Source: Thelocarpon superellum
Taxonomy: Eukaryota
NCBI GenBank assembly: GCA_026025795.1
Contig: JAPEUG010000046.1
Span: 1 to 64,000, forward strand
DNA: 64,000 bases
Direction: 5' to 3'
Both the position numbers and the translations under genes were made by a program. Below, one piece after another: positions 11,937 to 23,469 of this stretch. Positions within the stretch are counted from its first letter, which is position 1. Each line of letters opens with the position of its first letter. The notes beneath the pieces were generated by a model. That model was not told the DNA's origin. It was given only the letters and a program-made list of their open reading frames with translations, and ran no database searches.

Positions 11937-12840
11937 CTTGCGCAAGAGAAGTTTGAAGAGACTGGATGGCGAGTTAGGAATTTTCAAGGCAAATAGACTT
12001 GACGTGGCAACTTGGCAACATAACTGCTCATTGCGTTCCTAAGCATAGAGCGGCTTTATATATTCTCTCCCCTCAATGTCACTTGCGGACGCGTATTGGG
12101 AGCGGAATGAGAAACGGAAAGGGCAACCCGTGTGAGAGCGCGTCGATACACCTGCCCCATTGATCCGACGCATTGCAGCGTCTGCCTGATGGGCTCCAAA
12201 TCTAGAGGATCTGCCGATGTGGCTAGTAAAATACAGCCGTTGCCGTATTATCTTAGGGCCTAGAGATCAGCAACGTTCGCTCTCCTTCCCCTTTGGTACT
12301 TGCTAGGTCCGGAGGCAATTACGTCACGTCCCGCAACGACAAGTGTAGGAATCGAAGACTGCATAGTGCAACGACGAGATGTGGGTGACGAATCGAAGGA
12401 TAATGATATCAGATATCATGTATCAGCGTCCCCGACGCTCCCAACGCTCCCAATGGCGGAGAAAGAATTCATTTGATCTGAATTTATTTATTCGATTAAT
12501 TCACTATCCTGCAACCGAAGAAACGACCAACGCGATCAACGCGATCATGACCCAGCCGGCCAGACGAATAGACAGACGGTGAAATTGTTTTCTCTCTCCC
12601 TGCAAGTTTCTGCTCCTGCTATGGTTCCGCATTCTCAATTCTCCTTCCTGCCTACCCGCCTAACGTACCAGGGAGATGCTGTCACACTGTCCGTTTGCCT
12701 ATACTAAGTAGGATTGCACCCTTCGTCCTCTTCTCCTCCTCCTTCCCCTCCGCTCTTCGCCCTTCTGCTCGGTGATTCATTCTCTTCTCATCTCTCTCCC
12801 GCTCTGTCCGTTCACGTCCTCTCCCTTGAACGCTCCCACG

Positions 12841-14124
12841 TCACGTGAATTTCGTATGGATGATGTCTGGGTTCTCGTGCCAGTCGTCGATACTGACCCA
12901 CATCTACCGCCCCCCAAAAGTCATCCCGTTAGCCGACCATCTCAACTGTAGAAGATCTAGTCTCTATCAAGAGGATGCACCCACCTTCCGAAACGTACTC
13001 AACCCCGCCAAGATACTGCCGCCAATCCAAGTACTGTATTTCCGCTCAGGTGGCGCAAAGATCTTGATCCGCATATCCTTCACCGCTAGTCGTCGCACCT
13101 CGTGTAATAAGCGGTCGCCGAACCCCTTGGTCAACGTCGAGCCGCCCGAGAGCACAATGTTGCCGTAGAGATTGGCGCGCAGGTCCATGTCCGTTCGCCC
13201 GATGGCGTCCACGATGATTTGCTGGATTCCGGGGTATTCAAGCCCGATGATCTCGGGGTCGAAGAGGATCTCGGGCGCCCGGAATCGCTCGGCGCCCACC
13301 TGTGCTGTGGTCAGCTCTCGAGAGGTGAGTGGTCATGGTGAGCGGAGACCAACCTTGATCTTGCTGCCGTCGGGGAGGGTGTATTCCGTGGCGTTGGGAC
13401 CGCCTCGTCCCCGTGTCGACACGGCACCCCACTCCTTCTCTTCCTTCTTGGGGTCGAGGGCGATGTACGACGTGTTCTCCTTCAGCAGCCGCACTATCTC
13501 CTTCTCGGCGCTGGTGTGAAATACGTAGCCACTCTTCCGCAGCAGCATCTGCATGTACTCGGTCACGTCGCGTCCGGCAATATCGATCCTTCGGATGCTG
13601 CTCGGGATGGCGAAGCCTTCGTAGACCGGCACGGCGTGGGACACGCCATCGCCCGCGTCGAGCACGATGCCCGTCGTCCGGCCCGACGCGTACAGCGAGA
13701 GCACGGCTTGGATGGAGGTGTAGAGGGCCGGCACGTTGAACGTCTCAAAAAGGATCTGTGCGGCCGTGTCGCGGTTGGCGCGCGGATTCAAAGGGGCTTC
13801 GGTGAGGAGGACGGGATGTTCTTCGCTGAGCGTCTTCAGCTCGTCCGTGTAGACGTACTGCCAGATGCGCTCCATGTCGTCCCAGTCCGTGACGATGCCA
13901 TGTTCGAGCGGGTATCGGATCTTCAGCAGGCCTCGGAGCTCCTGCGCCCGCTGGCCGATGAAGATGTCGCCTTCGAGGGCACCGGCCAGCACGCGCGGAT
14001 GCTTGGGCCGGCCGACGTACGAGGGAAAGTAGCATTGGGGGAGGTCCTCGCCGGCAAATCCGGCGCGTATGGTACCGCTGCCGTTGTCGAGCACGATCGG
14101 GGCATTGTGGAGCGTGTCGGTCAT
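12841..14124 (-). CDS. ARP1: Actin-related protein 1 (centractin, dynactin filament)
   Basis: [73 protein letters not shown] and last exon [20 protein letters not shown]. These are Arp1-type rather than actin signatures. Two introns. Confidence 0.95.
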
Positions 14125-14739
14125 GGTGAGATGTCTCTGGTGCCGGAGTGCGACGAGGCGTTCCGGGGAGTGACACAAGGCGAGAGGAAGAGGCAATGGA
14201 TGGCGTCACAGCTCAGGCACGGCATGCCGCCTTGCTGATGTCAAGGGCGCAGCGTCCACGACGGAGGCTCATGGCAGCCGGGGAGGAAGGGCTTCCTAGA
14301 GGGGGGGGCCGTGTGGTTGACAGTGTCGGAGGCTTACTCTTTTCCCTTCCCCGACCCATTTGACTCCCTGTGTCCGCCACCATTATCCACACCGCTTGGC
14401 GCGACGCGACGCGCCCAGCGCCAGACATCCAGCAACACCGCTACAACGGAACTCTTGAATTCGACTACGTCTGTTGGTCCTTCATCAGTGTCACGCCTAA
14501 TCTATTTGGATTAGCAAGGAAGTGAACCGGATCGCTAGACTTTAAGTACAGGGTGGTCCGCCGTCCGACCAAGAAGAAAGCAGTATCCATAAGTGTCATC
14601 CCCTTCGCCGTCCTGCCATGCAAGTAGAAGACCCCGCGAGAAAGACAAGCCGTCCCAAGTTGTACACGCCACTCGAGCGATGCTGGAGCGTGACAAACGC
14701 CCCAATGGAATGGATGACGCCGTGCCGTGCGCCACCTCA

Positions 14740-17077
14740 TCAATGGTCGTAGCCCGCCCCACGTTGCCACGGACTGCCGCTATTCTGTTGGCGATATCCG
14801 TTGCCGTTGAAGGAGTTGTTCGATCGACTGTAGCCATGGTTGGCGTACTGCGGCCGGTTGAGCAACGGGAGATCGCTCCCGGGCTGGCTGCTATCGTTGT
14901 AATTTTGATACATCCCTCGCGAGTTGTCGGCCGGTCGGCCCGAGCGATCACTGGGGAACAGCGGTAGCGACGGGTCAACGGGCGAGTGGGGCGATCCATT
15001 GAACGAGCCCGGCTTGTTGGAATTGGACGTCGACGGGGGCAGGGGCACGCCTGCCGCGTCGTGTTGTTGATGCCGGTGCATCGAGTTGGACGAGAAGGAA
15101 TCATCATCGTCGTCCAGATCGCGTCGCTTGAGGTCGCCTCGCGCCGTCGCGCCCAGCGCGTCTAGCTCGTTGTTGAGCGTCGTGGTCGACTTGATGAATG
15201 AGGCCCGATCGTCCCGCATCGGTTGATAGCGATTGTCGGGGTTCTTCGAGAAGATGGCGTACATGGACGACACCAGCACGAGGATCAACAGGATCAGAGC
15301 AAAGACGGCGTTGATGACGAAGAAGATCACACCCATGACGCCGGTGACGATGCCCTATCGTGATCTCGCGTTAGCAATGCAACCCTACGCTTTCAGGAAT
15401 CGGCATTCTTACCGGTTGGTTGAAGATGGAGGTGAAGACCAGTAGGAAGATGACGTTGACGAAATTAATGGCCGCGATGGAGATGTTGAAAGTATTGGTC
15501 TTCTTATCCATCCACGGACGGAGGATGCTGACGGCCACCAGGACGGCGGCCTCAATCAGGACCAACGCGATCGCCTGCACCGTGCCGCTGCCTTGGGAAA
15601 AGGCAATGAAGGCCGCCTTGAGGAGGATGTAGGCCAGCATCGGCAGGATGAAGTAGTAGGCTGTCGCGCGGAACTGGACGTACAGGAAGCCCCACTTGTT
15701 GAGCGCCGTGGGGTCGGAGTAGAGGATGTAGGCCGGGTTCTTGTGCATGGCGACGGAACGCTTGGCGATGCGGATGACCTTGAGCGAGGCCCAGGCTAGG
15801 CTGAAGGACATGGCGATGAAGAAGAAGAGGGCCAGCACGACCTCGGCGGCTGAGTCACGCTGCGTAAATTCCCACAGGCACAGGATGCACAGTTGCGGAT
15901 AGCCGATGAGCGTCAGGCGGAAGAGGATACCCTTGAGCACCACGAGCCATCCGTTGCGAAATTCCTGAAACTTGTCCGAGCTGAACCAGCCAGCCTTGAC
16001 GGCCACCTCGCAGAAGCCCTTGAAGGCGGCGACGCCAAGGATGACAAACACCACGAAGATGATGAAGAAACCAAGACCCGTCATGAACAAGTTGGTTGAC
16101 TCAATGCCAGCGCGGAAGGCGACCCGATCGATGCCGCGCACGACGATGGTCTCGCTCACCTCATTGACGCCGTTGTTGTTGGAGCGCGCCATGAGCGTCT
16201 CGTACGCACGAAGGAAGAGGCGGTGCGTCTCGGACTCGGATCGCTTCTCCACCTGAACCGACGTGGTGTCGAGATCAAGGAGCACGGTTGAGGGCGTGCC
16301 GCCTGTCGCCATCTGATACCAGGTGAAGATGGTCTGCATAAAGTCGACGTTCATGATGCCCATGGCCCAGTCGAAGTTCTGCGTCCACGACTGTACGATA
16401 GGCGGTAGGGTAACGGAGCACATGCCGATCATGGCCTGGGCTTGGAAGTAGCCGAAGAGGGACAGCGCATTGGCGGCAATATGGGCCGCGGTGTTGGAGT
16501 GGCCCAAGCCTGACGTGACGGCCGACGCCGCGAGACCCAGCCCGGCGATGACGGCCGTACTCCAGCCGACCCCTTTTTGATCCACCGTCTGTCCGTTGGA
16601 CAGCGGCGCCTCAAGACAGGCCAGCGACACATGCGTGGTGGAGTCGTTGACGTGAATGCGCACCAAACCATCTAAATCCGGGACGCTGTAAGCGATGCCT
16701 GGCACTCTGTTGACGACACTCGCACTGAGCTGGGCGTTGCCGGGAATATTGATCTGGCCACTGCTCATGGGACAAAGCCCACCGAGCGTTGCTTTCATCT
16801 GGCAGGGGTCGACTGTCTGTCGCACGGCGGTGTAGCCATACGCAATCACCTCGACCTCGGCGGTAATGAAGCCAGCGATGGACGAGACTCCGATCACGTT
16901 GAAGTTGACGGTGCCATTGTCAGGGGTGAAAGTGACGTCGAAGAGACTGGCGGAGAAGCTGTTGTTCTCTTGGCATGCATTCAGTGATGTTGACTGGATC
17001 ATGCGCATGGACGAGACGTGTGAGACGAGGGCGAGAAGCGCTGTGAGGAGGAGCGAGAAAGGCGAAAAGGACGACAT
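14740..17077 (-). CDS. Flavin carrier / TRP-like (Pkd2/FLC family) membrane protein
   Basis: Signal peptide, ML-like N-domain (SLNACQENNSFSASLFDVTFTP), FGYFQAQAMIGM, WTQNFDWAMG, KNPAYILYSD...KWGFLYVQF and RPWMDKKTN, with multiple TM helices. Intron 15355-15412. Confidence 0.93.
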
Positions 17078-18189
17078 GATGGACGGTTGTGGTGGTCGTG
17101 ATGAACGTGCCGGTGTGGTGGGGGGACGTGCTGGGAGACGACGAGGCGAGTCCGACCAGTGCGCAGAGAGAAGCAGGACTCAGGCGGTCCCAACCAGCGT
17201 GATGCGTCTCTATCGAACACGACACATCTGAACCAGGTGGTGAGCGACGTGGATGTCGTGTCGAAGGTGAAGCAATGCAATTTGGTTGAGGATGACGCGT
17301 CTGCTAGGTCGTCGGTCACCGCGGCGACGGTGGAATTGGGTGAGGAGAGAGAGTGGAATGAACGCGGACCAAACCGGGTCGGTAGCGAACGGCGAGTGTG
17401 GAGAAGACTCGAGTCGACGCGGGCGCCGTGTGGGTGTAAGACGAAGAGCGACCGTCGGACCCAGCACTGCGGCGGGGTCAAGAAGAGGGACAGGATTGAA
17501 GAGAAGAAGGGAGTCTGGTGATGATGGGCCCGTAAGATGAAAGGCGACGGAAAGGGTGAAGGGGTGAGGAGGCAGGTGGTCCGGCCGGGTAGGTGGGAAG
17601 TGCGACCGGTAAGGCGAAAGGAGGACGTGTGTGGATGGTGGGTCGTCGTCCGTCCGTTGGTCAGGGCGATCGTCGTGGCTGAGTGGCCCACCGTGGTCGG
17701 ATTGGTGCAAGTTCCCCCCTCGTAAGAGCGACTTGCGAGTACGAGTGCGAATGCTTGTACAAGTACTTCCTACTCGCTATTTGGTGACAGGCCTGGTGGT
17801 CAGGATCCGTGTGGTACGAGCGGTGAGATGCAGGAATGGGCCTTCGGTCGCAGACTTGCCGGTCGCTTGCCCTGCCAAGAGGATGGGCGTGCCAGCGCCC
17901 GCGGCGCCGCGCGCAGCGACCGAGGGGCGTCAAGGTCACCGCCGGACCGGGCAACGGGGGGGCGAGAGGGATGAGAGGCCTACGCAACCAGCGACTAATG
18001 GTCGCGCCGACACTTCCCTGCTAATCCCATTGCAGGTAAACGGGCGCACGAGTGCGGTGGGAACAAGAAGGGCGAGTAGCGCCTGGTACATGACTTTCAA
18101 TATTGAACACCACCAGCGCGAAGGTTCCGTCGTCTTATTCTGAATCACGCTGGACTAGCCCATATTGCTCGCTTGGTCACTCGTTGGTG

Positions 18190-19102
18190 GTAACGGCAGC
18201 GTCAGGGGAATCCTAGGGTGATCCGTTGGCGCCCTCGACCAATCCGAGTAATCTCTGACGCCTCCGACGTGCCCAGGGGTCTCTGCGATTCATGCTGGAA
18301 CACCCTGCGCGTAGAGCTCCGGCTACTATATGACACTCGATGATCCTGGAGGTTCGAGCCAGGAGATTGCAATGGTTTGGACCTCGCCTCTGACGATGAA
18401 TACCCACAACGTATCTTTATCGTGACCGCGGTCGTGTCGGCGGATCTGCACCGGATTGTGCGACTGCGCGAACCCGTCAGCTTCAGCCGGCTCAGCCTTT
18501 TTTCACTCGGCGTGGCGTTCGGCTCCACGGCTACTACCCCCCATGACTTTATTCGGATGCACCCGGAGTCAGCGTCCCGCGGCCTCGTCTCCTCGTCCGA
18601 CGTGCCTGAACGACCGCTTGCACGAGACGCGCCTACGTTAAAAGGTAAGGAACGTCAACGAACAGGCAACTTGAATCGCGACTCCTCCCACGCGGCTCAA
18701 GTTTGGTTATTACGGCTTGGCGCTTCCATTGTACTCGTACACGGTAGATCGGCCACAGCCAAAAGCACGTGCACCTTTTCGCGTTGCACCATATGAGATG
18801 CTCTGGAAGGGCGACCAGCGACTACCGGGGCATAATGGCCGAGCGGCCGCAAGCTCTGCTTCAGTTGTCAACTCAGTCAGCTCGTTCTCCTGCTTGGCAC
18901 ATTTCGGTCGGCCGGAGTAGTGATTCCGTTGCACGGCCTGCTGGAGGTTTATTTCTAAGGATGCGCGCTTCGTCCGCAGCTGGGGTCAGCATAACCGTGA
19001 AAGGTTGGACCCGGCTGTGGGTCGCATCGGAAGTGCACATTAGAAGGCAGAAAGCCCCCCTCGGACCTGGAGAGGACACAATAGTCCTAAATCTGCAATA
19101 AA
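18190..19102 (+). ncRNA. Candidate structured non-coding RNA(s), family unassigned
   Basis: Series of 6-13 bp helices that rely on G-U pairs on the + strand, a B-box-like GGTTCGAGCC (18351-18360), T6 (18498-18503) and AATAAA (19097-19102). No convincing ORF. Confidence 0.35.
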
Positions 19103-19297
19103 AGCTGCTGTGCCTGGTTAAAGGTAGGGCTCGGGACGTGGTCATGTCTCCCTCGTACATCAAGAAGAAACTGAGAATGACGCACAAGGTGGGCACGTGA
19201 TTAGCTAGTGTCAAATTAATCGTAAAAACACGGAAAAATGAAATACCAAATTCGACGGAAGGCTATCGTATACTTCGATCTCAACTTCAACAAGATC

Positions 19298-21190
19298 ATG
19301 GCTGCGATGGAATCCTCGAAGAAACGCAAACGAAAGCATGCCGCGGGAAAACCAGAGGGTGATCGCCAGGTGGCGGAAGAAGCAGAGCTCCCAACACAAG
19401 TGAAGGCGTCAGTAACCCCGCCTCCTGCGGAACCGATGGACGAGACGTCAACACGGCCGCCGAGTCATGGGCTGATGGAGGGCGAGAAGAACGGAGTCGA
19501 AGTTGAGCCGGACGGCGGCGCGTCACTGACTTCCACGCTGACGCTCCCGAAGACGGGACAAGACCCCCAGAACTTCAGCGATTTGCATCTCTCGGAGAAG
19601 ACGATGAGGGCCATCCAAGATATGAAATTCGAGCAGATGACAGAAATCCAACAACGGGGAATCCCACCCTTGCTGGCGGGGCGGGACGTGTTGGGTGCGG
19701 CTAAAACTGGGTCCGGAAAGACGCTTGCGTTCCTGATCCCGGCGGTGGAAATGCTGAGTGCGCTACGGTTCAAGCCGCGAAACGGTGCGTACTCCATGAT
19801 ATAAGCTGACTGACGTCCGCAGCTGACCCATGACAGGAACCGGTGTCATCGTCGTCTCGCCCACGCGGGAGTTGGCCCTTCAAATCTTTGGCGTGGCGCG
19901 CGAGCTGATGGAGCATCACTCTCAAACATACGGCATCGTTATTGGGGGCGCCAATCGGCGAGCCGAGGCGGAGAAGCTGACGAAAGGCGTGAACCTGATC
20001 ATCGCCACGCCCGGACGCTTGCTGGACCATCTGCAAAATACGCCGGGCTTTGTGTTCAAGAATCTCAAGGCCCTCGTCATCGATGAGGCCGACCGGATCT
20101 TGGAGATCGGCTTCGAAGATGAGATGCGACAGATCGTCAAGATCCTCCCGAAGGATGAGCGCCAGACCATGCTCTTTTCCGCCACACAGACGACGAAGGT
20201 GGAGGACCTGGCACGCATCTCGTTGCGGGCAGGACCGCTCTACATCAACGTCGACTACCAGAAGGAACACAGTACGGTGGAGGGTCTGGAGCAAGGCTAC
20301 GTCATTTGCGATTCGGACAAGCGCTTCCTGCTACTGTTCTCCTTTTTGAAGCGCAACTTGAAGAAGAAGACGATCGTGTTTTTTTCGAGCTGCAACTGCG
20401 TCAAGTACCACGCCGAGCTACTGAATTACATCGATCTGCCGGTGCTCGATCTGCACGGCAAGCAAAAGCAGCAAAAGCGGACCAACACCTTTTTTGAATT
20501 CTGCAACGCAAAGCAAGGCACTCTCATCTGTACCGATGTGGCGGCCCGTGGCTTGGATGTAAGTCTATACCGAACGGCTTTGTGGACGATAGAGCTCATG
20601 CTGACGACCGACGCAGATTCCCTCCGTCGACTGGATCGTCCAGTTTGATCCTCCAGATGACCCGCGCGACTACATCCATCGGGTGGGTCGCACGGCACGC
20701 GGGGCCAATGGCAAGGGCCGAAGCTTGATGTTTCTTCAGCCGTCGGAGGTTGGGTTCCTGAAGCACCTCAAGGAGGCCCGGGTCCCAGTGGTGGAGTTCG
20801 AATTTCCGGCCAAGCGAATTGTCAATGTGCAATCCCAGCTGGAGAAGCTCATCGGGCAGAATTATTATCTGAACAAGGTTGGCCCACATCCTACCCAGGC
20901 AGTCGTCGCGTGCCAAACTGACCCTGATGCTCCAGTCGGCCAAAGACGGCTATCGCTCGTACCTACAGGCATATGCCTCGCACAGTCTCCGGTCCATCTT
21001 CGACGTCCACAAGTTGGACCTGGTCAAGGTGGCTAAGAGCTTCGGTTTCCCCACGCCGCCACGGGTGGATATTACCCTCGGGGCCAGTATGAGTCGAAAC
21101 AAGAAGCCCGAGGGACGACGAGCCTATGGCAGCCAGCCCAAACAAGCATCGCACTTCAAGCGCCGTCGGGTAGACGGGGAGCAGGACTGA
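19298..21190 (+). CDS. HAS1: ATP-dependent DEAD-box RNA helicase Has1 (ribosome biogenesis)
   Basis: Q motif, [47 protein letters not shown] and C-terminal [12 protein letters not shown]...[11 protein letters not shown]. Three introns. Confidence 0.96.
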
Positions 21191-23469
21191 GTGACCAGGA
21201 TGACCGCACGATGCATTACCCGTTCTGGCGTTCTGAGGAAGAAATTGTCTGTATCTACAACTTCTTGTCGTACATTCTGCATCAGAAACGTAGCATTCAT
21301 TTCGAGACTGTTGTAGAGCGTGGCAATCTAAGCCGCGAGTACTTGCGATGATGCGATGATTCATCCGGCGCTACTGGATTTCGGTAGCCGTCGGGCGGGC
21401 GAAGATTTTCGCTTTCGCTTTCGCTTTCGTTGGCGAACCGTGGAAGGGCGAAGCGCGATGCCACGACCTGATCTGTGCGATGACGCTACGGAGCGAGTGG
21501 TGGACACGCTTCGGCGAGCAGCACTTCACCTCCAGCCATCCGTCACTGATGACTTCTCTCGTTGTACTCGCTATGATTCGGGTCTTCTTCCTAACACTGC
21601 CTTGAATGTTGCCATCGACGATGACGGTATGATCGTGGGCTCTCGCCTCGTCGTCGGGCCAACGTGCTGAGGCCGGCGCTCGCCTGGCGCCAGGTCCCGC
21701 TCGTTGCGCCATGGGATTGGACAGCGCTGGCGTGGAAGAAACCCCCGGCGCAGACGCCGGCTCGCCCGCCAAGGCAAGTTTGGCGCACCTCGCCGAAGGG
21801 ACAACGCATGCCTGCATACGCCGTCAAAGTCTCCAACCATGGGAGCATCCAGCGGTAAGGGTCCGCGGACGGCGGACCTGTGGCAAGGCTTGCGCACTAG
21901 CATCGTAGACGGCGTCCACGGGCGAGTTGATCCTCACTTCTCTTGCGTTGCCATGACACTGTTCCCCACCGGCGTCAAATCACAGCGTGGAAGAGCATGA
22001 CCCCAGCCTGTCGACTGCATCGATTGCACGACATGCTGCGCCTTACAAGTGTTCGTCTCGAGACGTTCGGGGACAACTCTTCGTATTTAGACGTGATTAC
22101 CCGTACCCGTACCCGGACTGGTGCCGGAGGACATTGCGCCAGGATGTACCCGAGAGCTTGGCTATCCACCCATCCTCAACGCCTAGTGGACGTTGGACAA
22201 GGTGAGTCTGGCGATGGCAGCAACGCGGCGGCGCAGCTGCGTCCAGGATCTGACGAGCCTCGGCGATTGGCGACGGCCCCCGAGTCCGTGAAGAGGCTCC
22301 GGGCTGTCACTACTCGTCAGGTTGCACGGGCGGGTATTCTGAAGCAGCTACGGGAGGCGTGGTAGCTACGGTGTTATTGAGCCCCGGCCATTGATGCCGC
22401 GCACGCACTCAGGAGAGCGAATAAAGACGCCGTCCTGTTGCCAGGTTCCGTACCAGGTACTCGTACACGTAGCTAAGTCGTATGGTTGCGACCAGCGCTG
22501 GCAGGTACTGCTAGCCCACGGCATTTCGGGACGAAACTTAGCCCTGGAGGACTTTGGCGTTGGTTTGTTGTTCGTTCGTTTCTCCGTTTCGCCCCCGGGG
22601 CAGATCGAGCCTCCCGCAGCGCTGCAGCAGCGCTCCGCACAGCTCAGCCTTGCCTAAGGCGCTCTGCACCGCGCCGCACCGCACCGCACCCCAGCGTCAC
22701 CTCCACTAATCCATCAATCCATCAATCCATCAACCCACCAATCCACCAACGGTAGATCCTCAGCTTCACTCACCCTTCGGATGAGCCAGGACGATCGTCA
22801 TAGATTCAAGGACGCCGAAAGTCCATTGCCCCATCCGCAGCGAGTCGTGTTCATTGCAGACCAGATCCAGAAGAGTGTCCGCTGGATTGGGCGTCGTCGT
22901 GGTCTCGCTCTGGACTCACGGCCGAGACATCTGCCCACCGCTACGACGACTAGGTCCCGGCCGCCCATGCCCACGCGGCACGGCACCGTCCACGATCCCA
23001 CAACATCACTTACCTCTATCACACGCTCACCTCTAAGAGACGCTCGTCAGGTGGACCACTACGAGCTCGTCAGTACGGGCGGTGCTCGAACCACCGTCGC
23101 TCGCTAGGCACCGGACGGACCACGACCGGCCTGCGTCACGACGAGCAACTCCTCCGCCACGCTCGCCACTGTCGCCGCGCCCCGTCGTCGCCGAGATCGT
23201 CGGTCCGTAGTCAATGGCGCCAGTTGTCTGAAGAGCCTCTGCACGCGGCGTCTAGGCCGGTTGGCGCGGCCGACTGTGCGCACTGCGCGAGCGGAGCGAC
23301 GTCGGGCTGGCCATCGCCGCGGCATCGCTTCAAACGCAGCGAAATCCCTCAATCCCTCATCGGCCACGCCACCAGGACGCACGACGTCAACGGCGTCCGA
23401 ATCCTCTGAGACGGGAGGGGTCGGCCGTGCCTGTGCCCGCCTCGATCCTGAGTCTCCCTCCTCTCCAAG

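Noticed and set aside
12841..14124. Conventional actin
   Set aside because: The sequence signatures ([23 protein letters not shown]-terminus) are those of Arp1.
18344..18364. tRNA T-arm-like GGTTCGA
   Set aside because: No 5-bp T stem, acceptor stem or anticodon arm. Kept only as a possible B-box.
18388..18480. Hammerhead-like CTGACGA core
   Set aside because: No correctly placed GAAA or stem III; the nearest sequence is GAAC.
18811..19088. Group I intron-like P7 pair (GCGACTA ... TAGTCC)
   Set aside because: The J8/7 and P/Q elements do not match, and there is no host rRNA or exon context.
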